Source of the DNA: Muribaculaceae bacterium
Lineage (GTDB): Bacteria > Bacteroidota > Bacteroidia > Bacteroidales > Muribaculaceae
Reading direction: 5' to 3'
NCBI GenBank assembly: GCA_017409345.1
Contig: JAFQSX010000008.1
Coordinates: 6,982-70,981 of the forward strand
Length of the DNA: 64,000 nt
Below are positions 38,256-47,141 of the stretch, in pieces; the first letter of the stretch is position 1, and each line of letters opens with the position of its first letter. Below the pieces are notes generated by a model. That model did not search any database, was not told the DNA's origin, and was given only the letters and a program-made list of their open reading frames with translations. Both the position numbers and the translations under genes were made by a program.

Positions 38256-41200
38256 TTATTTATGTAAAACACTATCTTGCCTTATTGTCGTATCCAATAT
38301 GGTTGTAATTGAATCAACAGATATCGTATCAATTAAGTTTGGTTTCTTTGACCTAAATTTCAAGAATGAGAACATATTATCAAAATCTTGACGATACATA
38401 ATCCCCACCCCTTGAGTTGTTGTTGCTGTCTTTAAATAATAATTTTGGTCATTATAGCGATTATATGCTTTAAGTCTCCATGAGCCTCGCTGATTGAGCA
38501 AATATTCAATATCAAAATCACCTATAAACTGGTTAGTATTAAGCGACTTGTCTCGGTAACCAAAGTTTCCGTTAAGCCTCAATCGATTATTTAGAAGAGT
38601 ACTTGACAAAGCCAAATCCACTTCCACATCAGAAAAATCCCCAAGGTCACTACGCAAATATGGCGATATTGTCCAATTATCACTTAACTGACCAAGCATA
38701 CTACTTAATTGCGAAGAAAGAGTAGATGATGCCACTGAGAATATTTCATTACCCTTTGTTGCCGACATATATTCCGGTGTATAGAATCGGTTTAGCGCCA
38801 ATAGATACAAAATCTGACGTTTCATCATTTCATCCGTACTAATGATACTCATTACTTTACTATAAGCATCTTGTTTAAGCGTAGGAAACTCAAGATCAAA
38901 ACTGATATTGGGCTGAGTCATATCGTCTTTGATATATAACAATGCATTTACCGGCACATTTGTGCGATTCAAGTCTTTATCTTCCAAGAATGATTCATCA
39001 AGGTCACTCAGATTGGCCTTAACAGGATAAGCAGCAATGATATTTAGTTGTGCTGCAAATGGATCTCCATTAAACGCAATTGAACTATTGTCTCTAATCT
39101 TAAAATCCTTAATAATTATATCTTGTAATGTAAAATTATAACTACCTTCGTCTATTTCATACGAACCATACATTTTGAGGTCTTCATCGCGAGAACTATA
39201 TGTCATGCGAAGTGTTCCCGAACCGATAGCCTTAATTTTATCACCACCCACAGGGTCCATCACAAGTATTAATTGAGCTTGAGGATTAACATCTACTTTT
39301 ATTCGCATATTATATACCGACGACCTTGCTTCTTCTTTCTTTTTCAATCTTTCTTTAAACTTCACAACCTCAATAGGTTCATCGGTCATAGTCGCTTTTT
39401 GTTGCTTATTTTGCGCATCTTTATCACGGAAAGTGAGGAACGAATACTCATAAGCACTCTCCATGTCTGAAATAATAAATGTAAATGTTGATTGTGGCGC
39501 TGTTGCCATATCAACATTAATATTTACGACACCCGGACGGCCATCAATATTAGCCGTACCATTTCCATTTATATGTCCATGCCAGATCTCTCCTACTCGC
39601 TCTTTTACATCATAACACAAAAAGTTCTTTGCATTTGTAATATCAAATTTGAATTCAGGTTCTTTGAAAAATTTATGTTTAACCCATCCATTAAGCAGTG
39701 CGGTATTGCCATTTACATCTCGAAGGGTTACATCCTTAATATCAATAATTCCGGGACGAATATGAATTGAATCGGTAGCCGAATAGTAAGTATCCGTAAA
39801 ATCTATTTTAAGTTTTAAATCCTTGGCGTATATATCACCTTCTAAATCGATATATTTGAATGTTCCAAACAATCGTGCTTTTCCTGAGGCAAATCCATCT
39901 ACATCCGAAGCAAAGGCAGCCATATAAGGTTTCATAAATCCCACCTTGATTTCATTTGCCTCAAATGTGATATCAAGAGCCTCTTTTGTTGGGAAAATAT
40001 CACCATAAATATATGATTTATTTCCGTTATCTTGACTTACTATTGCATCAAGATGTGCGGCTAATCGTTCATTATCCCAATGCGCCTTTATTGCAGCATT
40101 ACCTAAAACCGTGCCATTATAACTGATATTCTTTACCTTCAAATCATTTGTAAATGCGACAGGCGATTTGCTAAATAATTGCGATGCATATAGCGTTCCG
40201 GTAGCATCACCACCCAATAGCGCATTATTAATTTCTAAAGTTTGGAATATATAATCAAGATTCACATTCTTAAGATCTATACACAACTCATCATCGGGCA
40301 ATGGGGAAGCCTTGCCTTTTATATTAATAAACTGATCGGCATGACGCACATCAAAATTATCTACAACGATATTGTTTTGTGCACAATGAATATGTGCGCG
40401 CTGAATAGTCCATACACTATCATTAAAGACAAGGTTACTAGGGCTAATAGTTAAATCCGTCACTAGAGTACCATCCTCGCCTTTTGAGAATAGTGTTGAC
40501 ATATTTACTTGTCCTTTAAATGTTTCTTTGCGATTAATTATCCAATTAACATTTACATCCAACTGATTATCATCTCCATTGCACACCAATTCCAATGGCA
40601 TCTTTCCATGCTTGGTTGGCAATTCCGAGAATGCTCTTAACAAACATTTATCTACACTTTGATCTATATCGATTTCCAATTGTGTTTTCTCAATCAATTT
40701 GTTTTTTTGTGCAATATATGGAATATTTGCCATCAAATTCATTTTTTGAAGAGGGTGACTCACCTCTCCCGAGATTGTAATCGGAGCAAACAATTCGGCC
40801 GACAGATTTAAGTAATCCAATAATTGGGACTGCTCTTTTATCGTCAACTGATATACAAAATCATTCGTTTTACCTCTATGCGAAACTGTATCCTTCGGCT
40901 TTTTCTCTTTAGATGTAGGTTCTTCGCCAAACAGCACCGGAAATGGATGCGACATTATCTCTTTAATCGTCGGCACGATTGTTTTAAACGAATAACTACC
41001 CTCTATACTAGCATTTAGAATATCAGATTGCAATGACATATATTGAGGAGAAACCGCATTTTGAATATTGATATCAATATTTTTTATATTCAATTCTTTG
41101 CTTGGGTTATCACTAAATGCAAAATCACTGATATTGATTTCTCCATTAGACTCTTCAATATTAAAATTATCAATCTCGGCATCAACAATAGCCGATAACG

Positions 41201-42833
41201 TCATATATTTTTTTGACAGATTTATTCTATCTAAATTTATTTTTGACACATCGGCATGAAGGTTTAACTGTTGTGATTTTTTATTGACATTTGCACTACC
41301 ATCAATAGCAAGCATCACATTAGGATCATCAACATTTACATTTCCCTCAATAAAGTCACCATCAATTAATGCCGATATATCAATATTATTGAATCTATAA
41401 TTATTAAAATCCACAAATTCAACAACAGCATCCACTACACCTTTACGATGAGTATCACTGACTGAAACATCAAAATTAGCATTTGCCGATATTTGATTTA
41501 ATTTTTGGTTTGATGTTATTGCCCCCAAATTTAATTTAGAAGTTTCCACATCACCTTTTAATGCCAATAGTTTTGAGTTAGCCGATTTTGAATAATCTAG
41601 ATTTACTTTTGCATCGCCCAATGCAGTTGATATATCTCCAACAACAATCGCATCAAGTGGTTTACCATTAAACTGACCGTTCACTTTAATATTTCCAAAT
41701 CTGGAAATTTTCGTAGCCACATCAGTTTTTACCACATTGGCAGCCTCCAAAATATTAGCCACAAAATGGGCATTTGCATTCAATGCAAAATCAGGCAATA
41801 TTATATTTATATCATCGGCACTTTTAATATCCTTAATGCCCCCCGACGCATTAAATGCAAATTGTTGATTAGGATGAGATATTACAAATTTATTAATTGA
41901 CAAATCATTTAACTCACCTGCCAATTCAACATTTAAATTAAAGTGATCTTTTATATCTTTAAATCCCGGGACAAAAGGAGCAAAATCGGCAAGTGATACA
42001 TAACTGCCTTCTTTTATCTCGACATCAAGTGGTATAGCCTTTATCTTCTCATTAAATTCATCCCAATTTTTATGAGACAACGAGATATCTCCAAACATTA
42101 ATTTAGTATCATTGAGAGATAACTCCAACCCATTGACATCAATTCCTGAAGAAGCAATATGGAAATCACCTTGAATGTCAGATATTGATAAGCCCGACTG
42201 CTCTTTTACTCCAAAACGCTTAATCTTAAATATGAAATCATCGTTTTTAAGTTGGGGCATATAGATATCAGCATTCAAATCTGATATTTTTATATGATTT
42301 TTATCAAAACCACTATCCGACACAGGTATCGACTTGATATCATACGCCATCTGCGAGTTGCGAATCACAATCGTATTAATGCGTAAATCAAACTGTGTAG
42401 GAGGTTTCGTTTTATCCTTGGGTTTAAGATTATTGATAATATTCTGAATATTTAATGGCGAAGATTGATCTTGCTTATATAATTGCGCATCCAAGCCTAT
42501 TAATGCCGCATGGGTAATTACAATCTTATCATTCTTTAGATATTCATAAATATCAATTCCTGCATCAATAGTCTTAATCTTCACAGCATCAAATCGGTTG
42601 TCATCTTCAATCGTCACATTATTGACTGACAACTGATTAAATGGAGTAATACTTACCGATTCAATCTCAACATTAGTCCCAAGCAATTTAGTTAGTTCCG
42701 TTTCTCCTACTTGACACAAATGTTGTTGAACCGAAGGTAATGAGACGATTACATACAACGCCATTGGAGTCACTAATAATAGCACCAACAGCACTATAAG
42801 CAAAGTACAAATTATTTTGTATAATACCTTCAT
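38256..42833 (-). CDS. tamB: translocation/assembly module protein TamB
   Basis: 1525 aa with a single N-terminal TM anchor, a very long beta-rich Asn/Asp/Ile-rich body and a DUF490-like C-terminus. Confidence 0.8.
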   Translation of the reverse strand: MKVLYKIICTLLIVLLVLLLVTPMALYVIVSLPSVQQHLCQVGETELTKLLGTNVEIESVSITPFNQLSVNNVTIEDDNRFDAVKIKTIDAGIDIYEYLKNDKIVITHAALIGLDAQLYKQDQSSPLNIQNIINNLKPKDKTKPPTQFDLRINTIVIRNSQMAYDIKSIPVSDSGFDKNHIKISDLNADIYMPQLKNDDFIFKIKRFGVKEQSGLSISDIQGDFHIASSGIDVNGLELSLNDTKLMFGDISLSHKNWDEFNEKIKAIPLDVEIKEGSYVSLADFAPFVPGFKDIKDHFNLNVELAGELNDLSINKFVISHPNQQFAFNASGGIKDIKSADDINIILPDFALNANAHFVANILEAANVVKTDVATKISRFGNIKVNGQFNGKPLDAIVVGDISTALGDAKVNLDYSKSANSKLLALKGDVETSKLNLGAITSNQKLNQISANANFDVSVSDTHRKGVVDAVVEFVDFNNYRFNNIDISALIDGDFIEGNVNVDDPNVMLAIDGSANVNKKSQQLNLHADVSKINLDRINLSKKYMTLSAIVDAEIDNFNIEESNGEINISDFAFSDNPSKELNIKNIDINIQNAVSPQYMSLQSDILNASIEGSYSFKTIVPTIKEIMSHPFPVLFGEEPTSKEKKPKDTVSHRGKTNDFVYQLTIKEQSQLLDYLNLSAELFAPITISGEVSHPLQKMNLMANIPYIAQKNKLIEKTQLEIDIDQSVDKCLLRAFSELPTKHGKMPLELVCNGDDNQLDVNVNWIINRKETFKGQVNMSTLFSKGEDGTLVTDLTISPSNLVFNDSVWTIQRAHIHCAQNNIVVDNFDVRHADQFINIKGKASPLPDDELCIDLKNVNLDYIFQTLEINNALLGGDATGTLYASQLFSKSPVAFTNDLKVKNISYNGTVLGNAAIKAHWDNERLAAHLDAIVSQDNGNKSYIYGDIFPTKEALDITFEANEIKVGFMKPYMAAFASDVDGFASGKARLFGTFKYIDLEGDIYAKDLKLKIDFTDTYYSATDSIHIRPGIIDIKDVTLRDVNGNTALLNGWVKHKFFKEPEFKFDITNAKNFLCYDVKERVGEIWHGHINGNGTANIDGRPGVVNINVDMATAPQSTFTFIISDMESAYEYSFLTFRDKDAQNKQQKATMTDEPIEVVKFKERLKKKEEARSSVYNMRIKVDVNPQAQLILVMDPVGGDKIKAIGSGTLRMTYSSRDEDLKMYGSYEIDEGSYNFTLQDIIIKDFKIRDNSSIAFNGDPFAAQLNIIAAYPVKANLSDLDESFLEDKDLNRTNVPVNALLYIKDDMTQPNISFDLEFPTLKQDAYSKVMSIISTDEMMKRQILYLLALNRFYTPEYMSATKGNEIFSVASSTLSSQLSSMLGQLSDNWTISPYLRSDLGDFSDVEVDLALSSTLLNNRLRLNGNFGYRDKSLNTNQFIGDFDIEYLLNQRGSWRLKAYNRYNDQNYYLKTATTTQGVGIMYRQDFDNMFSFLKFRSKKPNLIDTISVDSITTILDTTIRQDSVLHK

Positions 42834-43142
42834 CGTTTATTAAATGACAAAGATACTCATTTTTTGCCGTTTCTACCCTATGATTACATCAAAAGATTAC
42901 ATTTATCTTCTTAAAAAAATTATAAAAAGGCATTTTTAACAAGAAGATTATAGATTAACAACAAAATTAGATTAACAACCTCTTTTCTATACCTCAAAAC
43001 ACACATGAAACCACTCAACTCAACCCTCATTATGTTTTTTATTTTTAATTCATTTTACTATCAAAATGATAGCAATACAACGCAATCCGGTAGAAAAATG
43101 AAAGTTTTATTATTATTTTTATGCAAAATAGAAATTAATCAT

Positions 43143-43150
43143 TATATTTG
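43143..43150 (+). promoter_or_regulatory. -7 promoter motif TATATTTG
   Basis: TAnnTTTG about 60 nt upstream of the ATG at 43211. Confidence 0.4.
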
Positions 43151-43210
43151 TGCCCACATTCCAATTTTAGAAAAATAATTACAACAAAAATAAATCAATC
43201 TATCAAAACT

Positions 43211-44662
43211 ATGTCAGTAGTAAAATTTTACAAAAAGGACCAACAAGTACCTTTGGAAATGCACAAAGTGCGTGTAGTTCAAAAATTATTCCTTCCTAAT
43301 GTAGAAGAACGCGTTGCTAAAATTCGTGAAGCAGGTAACAACACTTTCTTATTGCAAAATAAAGATGTGTTTATGGATATGCTCACCGACTCAGGTGTAA
43401 ACGCGATGAGTGATAATCAAGTAGCGGCATCAATGCAAGCCGATGACTCTTATGCCGGTTCTGAAACTTACAATCGCCTTGTATCGGCTCTTAAAACTGT
43501 ATTTAAAACCGAATATTTCTTGCCTGCACACCAAGGTCGTGCTTGTGAAAACATTCTTGCCGAATCATTTGTTAAGCCTGGCGATGTAGTGCCTATGAAC
43601 TTCCACTTCACTACAACAAAGGCTCACATTACCCGTATGGGTGGACGAGTTGAAGAACTTGTAACCAAAGCCGGTCTTGATCCCGACTACATACATCCGT
43701 TCAAAGGCAACTTTGACATTGATCGTTTGAAAGCCCTTATTGCCGAAGTTGGAGCCGAACACATCCCATTCGTGCGCATTGAAGCAGGTACCAACCTCAT
43801 CGGTGGACAACCTCTTTCAATGGAAAATATGCTTGAAGTAGCAAAAGTGTGTCGCGACAACGGCATTATGTCAGTCCTTGATGCTTCACTTCTTCAAGAC
43901 AACCTCTACTTCATCAAGACTCGTGAAGAAGCCGCCAAAGACATGTCTATCAAGGAAATCACTCACAAGATTGCCGATGCTATGGACCTCATCTACTTCT
44001 CTTCACGCAAACTCGGATTCTCTCGTGGTGGTGGTATTGTGTCAAACAACAACGACCTCATCATGAAGATGAAAGAATTAATCCCTCTATTTGAAGGATT
44101 CTTGACTTATGGTGGTATGGAAGTGCGTGCAATGGAAGCCATGGCTGTCGGTCTGCTTGAAACAATGGACGAAGAGATTATCAATCAAGGACCTCAATTT
44201 ATTGAATACCTTGTAAAAGAACTTGACGAATACGGAGTGCCTATGGTAAAACCTGCCGGTGGTCTTGGTGCACACGTCAATGCATCAGCATTCTTACCCG
44301 ATATGCCTCACGATCAATATCCTGCCGGTGCTCTTGCTGCCGCATTATACATTGCAGGGGGTATTCGAGGCATGGAACGTGGTTCGATTTCAGAGCAACG
44401 CAACGAAGATGGCACCGAAAACTATGCCGAATTAGAATTATTGCGTCTTGCTTGTCCTCGTCGTGTATTCACTCTTTCTCAAATCAAATATTGTGCCGAC
44501 CGTGTGAAATGGCTATACGATAATCGCCACCTAATCGGCGGATTGAAATGGAAAGATGAACCTCAAGTATTGCGTTTCTTCTCCGGTCGCTTAGAGGCTA
44601 TCGGCGATTGGCAAGACAAACTTGCTGCAAAATTCCGTGAAGATTTCGGCGAAAGTTTATAA
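43211..44662 (+). CDS. tnaA: beta-eliminating lyase, tryptophanase family (tyrosine phenol-lyase not excluded)
   Basis: The internal ATG at 43211 (MSVVKFYKK...) is preferred over the non-ATG (TTG) track start. The protein contains LTDSGVNAMS, DDSYAGSETY, PAHQGRACE and a PLP-lysine region (FSSRKLGFSRGGG). Confidence 0.8.
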   Translation: MSVVKFYKKDQQVPLEMHKVRVVQKLFLPNVEERVAKIREAGNNTFLLQNKDVFMDMLTDSGVNAMSDNQVAASMQADDSYAGSETYNRLVSALKTVFKTEYFLPAHQGRACENILAESFVKPGDVVPMNFHFTTTKAHITRMGGRVEELVTKAGLDPDYIHPFKGNFDIDRLKALIAEVGAEHIPFVRIEAGTNLIGGQPLSMENMLEVAKVCRDNGIMSVLDASLLQDNLYFIKTREEAAKDMSIKEITHKIADAMDLIYFSSRKLGFSRGGGIVSNNNDLIMKMKELIPLFEGFLTYGGMEVRAMEAMAVGLLETMDEEIINQGPQFIEYLVKELDEYGVPMVKPAGGLGAHVNASAFLPDMPHDQYPAGALAAALYIAGGIRGMERGSISEQRNEDGTENYAELELLRLACPRRVFTLSQIKYCADRVKWLYDNRHLIGGLKWKDEPQVLRFFSGRLEAIGDWQDKLAAKFREDFGESL

Positions 44663-44686
44663 AAATCAGTCCTATCCAATACAATC

Positions 44687-44728
44687 AATGGTGTGTCAGA
44701 TACTCAATGGCACACCATTTTTATTTTT
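44687..44728 (+). terminator. rho-independent terminator after the lyase gene
   Basis: aatggtgtg / cacaccatt form the stem, followed by tttttattttt. Confidence 0.7.
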
Positions 44729-44742
44729 AGACAACATTAGAT

Positions 44743-44815
44743 GATTTCCATGGTTTCCATGGTTTCCGTGGTTTCCTTTGGTTTCCTTTGTTTTCCATTT
44801 TTTGATGGAAATCAG
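44743..44815 (+). repeat. iteron-like array: six direct 9-10-bp G(G/A)TTTCC(A/G/T)T units plus one inverted unit
   Basis: The direct units read GATTTCCAT GGTTTCCAT GGTTTCCGT GGTTTCCTTT GGTTTCCTTT GTTTTCCATT. ATGGAAATC follows in inverted orientation. Confidence 0.85.
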
Positions 44816-44833
44816 AAAGGGGGGATTTATAAT

Positions 44834-44875
44834 GCATAATTCATAATTCATAATGCATAATGCGTAGTTCGTAAT
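44834..44875 (+). repeat. six tandem AT-rich heptamers
   Basis: GCATAAT TCATAAT TCATAAT GCATAAT GCGTAGT TCGTAAT, read directly from the sequence. Confidence 0.8.
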
Positions 44876-45050
44876 CAAAAATTCCGCACTCTGCATTATT
44901 ATGACCACCTCCCGGCTTCGCCGTACTCCTCCTATTTTTCTTCGAAAAACAAGAGGAGAGTTATTGCTCTCGTTGGCACCATTGTTTCTTCTAAAATTTT
45001 TCAAATTTCATTTTTGTGCATTATCGCAACTTTTCAAGATAACGGCATAA

Positions 45051-45058
45051 TAACTTTG
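45051..45058 (+). promoter_or_regulatory. -7 promoter motif TAACTTTG
   Basis: TAnnTTTG about 130 nt upstream of the 45189 start. Confidence 0.35.
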
Positions 45059-45188
45059 CAATATCAAAGCCGACAAGACACTTTGAGTTCGAACATCTTC
45101 TTAACACTTTGATATACTGCTATACATAAATAGTAGTAAGGGTACTCCCATATTTAATTAACACACAGTATTAATCAAATCTCATATT

Positions 45189-46199
45189 ATGAATCTACAA
45201 GACATGAACAATTTCAATTTGGCCGAAGAAATGCGCCTACAATCTATTCAAAGTATTAAAATCAGCGACAACTCACTAATCACCGTATCAACTGCAAGAG
45301 AATTGCGTCAAGAGGCTGAAACAGTAAAGGAACTAAAACCTCTATACTATCCCTATTTCTATGAAGGAGAGTGTTGCATATTGTTTGCCGACACCAATTC
45401 AGGCAAATCAATATTGTCGGTACAGATTGCCGATGATATATCTCGTAACGGTTATCGAGTGTTATACCTTGACTTTGAGATGTCGATGCGACAATTTGCA
45501 TCACGCTGTAAAGACAAACATGGAAATATCTATGAGTTTCACGACAATTTCATGCGTGGCTGCATCAATCTTGATGCACTATCACCCCATTGCACCGAAG
45601 AATACGAAAACCTACTAATCTCTACTATCGAAAATCGCATTGCTGTGTTTAACGCACAAGTAGTGATAATCGACAACCTCACCTATCTATGCGCACAAAG
45701 CGAATCGGGGGCTGAAGCATCTACGCTAATGCGACGATTGATTGAAATAAAAAATCGTAACAATATATCTATGTTGGTTATATCTCACACTCCCAAACGC
45801 ACTCTTACCGATCCATTGACCGAAAATTCTCTTTCCGGGAGCAAACGCATCGCCAACTTTGCCGACTCTATTTTCGCCATTGGCAAGAGTATTATCGATG
45901 ATAATATTCGTTACATCAAGCAGATTAAGAGTCGTAGCGGTGAAATCATCTATGGTGCTTCAAATGTGCAAGCCTACTATATTGACCACCAAGATGGCTT
46001 ATTGCGATTTATCCACATCGGCGAAGGTAGCGAAAGAGAACACCTCAAACATGAAAAGGACCGCAGAGCAAATAACTATGATGACATTAAACAAATGCTT
46101 GCCAATGGGAAAACTACTCGAGAGATCATTGCCGAATTAAAAGTGAGCAGTAAAACAATCAGCAAAGTAAGAGCCTCTCTTAATCAAGGGAACTCATAG
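45189..46199 (+). CDS. RecA-fold ATPase (RepA/AAA_25-like) with a C-terminal HTH
   Basis: 336 aa with Walker A (ADTNSGKS), Walker B (VVIIDNLTYL) and ISMLVISHTPKR. The C-terminus (GKTTREIIAELKVSSKTISKV) resembles a resolvase/sigma-type HTH. Confidence 0.7.
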   Translation: MNLQDMNNFNLAEEMRLQSIQSIKISDNSLITVSTARELRQEAETVKELKPLYYPYFYEGECCILFADTNSGKSILSVQIADDISRNGYRVLYLDFEMSMRQFASRCKDKHGNIYEFHDNFMRGCINLDALSPHCTEEYENLLISTIENRIAVFNAQVVIIDNLTYLCAQSESGAEASTLMRRLIEIKNRNNISMLVISHTPKRTLTDPLTENSLSGSKRIANFADSIFAIGKSIIDDNIRYIKQIKSRSGEIIYGASNVQAYYIDHQDGLLRFIHIGEGSEREHLKHEKDRRANNYDDIKQMLANGKTTREIIAELKVSSKTISKVRASLNQGNS

Positions 46200-46251
46200 C
46201 AACCGACATAAATTCATTTAATTAGCCCTTGAAATCCTTTTTACAATTAAA

Positions 46252-46314
46252 GATTTCGTTGGTTTCCATGGTTCCCTCCTTATAAATGGAAATCACGGAA
46301 ACCGGACGAAAACC
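46252..46314. repeat. convergent (palindromic) array of the same 9-bp motif
   Basis: The left arm reads GATTTCGTT GGTTTCCAT GGTTCCCTC. After a 7-nt spacer the right arm reads ATGGAAATC ACGGAAACC GG ACGAAAACC. The right-arm units are reverse complements of GATTTCCAT, GGTTTCCGT and GGTTTTCGT. Confidence 0.8.
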
Positions 46315-46338
46315 AATAATAACAATAAAACCTTTATC

Positions 46339-47046
46339 ATGTATTCTAATCAATATTTTTTCTCTAACAAAACAATAAATCAATATTCCCAAAATCAGTA
46401 TTGGTATTTTGCCAACTCGTTATTTGGCTATATTTGCGCTCTTTACAGTTCGATTGACATTTATAATTATATGCTTAATATTTTTCGTCGCTATCAAGTG
46501 GGTATCACTCACGATGACAAGGTTATTTATTGGCAATGCGATGCTAATGGACATTGTCGTGCTGCCAAACTGATAGAATACGACACTAACGGAAAGTCTA
46601 TCAACAGCCATTGGCATTATGCCCACCCATCCTACAACACATCTCCACCCGACCGTCTCCCCTTTGGTTTACACCTCCTCGCAAAACACCCTCTCGATGC
46701 ATCAATAGTTGTCGTTGAGAGTGAGAAATCGGCTTTATTGGGAGCCACCTACAATCTGCATTATCTACGCAATGACACACGATTACCTCTATTTATCGCC
46801 ACCGGCAGTGCCGACATCGTTACGACACTCAAGCATCTGCAAGGTCGCAATGTCACATTATTCCCCGGCGACAACAACACCGAAGAATGGTTACGCATAG
46901 CCCGGGACCACTCTTCATTAGTAAATTCAATCGAAGTAAATGCCATGGTAAGATATTTTACCGAACAAAAGGTCATCAAGCCCGGTGGCGAATATAGCGA
47001 CTTGATTACCGCTATGCGACAACATGAATTAAGGAAATTTATATAA
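46339..47046 (+). CDS. Toprim-like / primase-like protein
   Basis: 235 aa. FGLHLL and SIVVVESEKSALL resemble the Toprim glutamate strand. The downstream VTLFPGDNN sits where a DxD motif is expected but is degenerate. Confidence 0.55.
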   Translation: MYSNQYFFSNKTINQYSQNQYWYFANSLFGYICALYSSIDIYNYMLNIFRRYQVGITHDDKVIYWQCDANGHCRAAKLIEYDTNGKSINSHWHYAHPSYNTSPPDRLPFGLHLLAKHPLDASIVVVESEKSALLGATYNLHYLRNDTRLPLFIATGSADIVTTLKHLQGRNVTLFPGDNNTEEWLRIARDHSSLVNSIEVNAMVRYFTEQKVIKPGGEYSDLITAMRQHELRKFI

Positions 47047-47104
47047 CTTCCCTTAAAGCGTTTACAATCTTGCTGAACCATGTTATAGTTCCCACAAAAA
47101 AATG

Positions 47105-47112
47105 TAATTTTG
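47105..47112 (+). promoter_or_regulatory. -7 promoter motif TAATTTTG
   Basis: TAnnTTTG 30 nt upstream of the 47142 start. Confidence 0.45.
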
Positions 47113-47141
47113 CATCTTGATTCAGTAAAACAAGAATAGAA

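Noticed and set aside
39273-41259. Short plus-strand ORFs opposite tamB.
   Set aside because: They are nested antisense frames in a 4.6-kb AT-rich gene, and the translations are low-complexity.
43004-43177. Small ORF as a tnaC-like leader peptide.
   Set aside because: It has no tryptophan codon and no downstream Rho/terminator arrangement comparable to tnaC, so it is not supported.
44743-44875. Possible CRISPR array.
   Set aside because: The units are 7-10 bp and directly abutting, with no spacers. No cas genes are present. This is not CRISPR.
44696-45004. 102-aa minus-strand ORF containing GNHGNHGNHGNH.
   Set aside because: The ORF is produced by translating through the 9-bp GGTTTCC repeat array and the heptamer repeats in an intergenic region. 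It has no plausible start context or family, so it is treated as a repeat artefact.
46009-46017. Perfect DnaA-box 9-mer TTATCCACA inside the ATPase gene.
   Set aside because: It is a single copy inside coding sequence. One such match on either strand is roughly expected by chance in 64 kb, so it is not evidence for an origin on its own.
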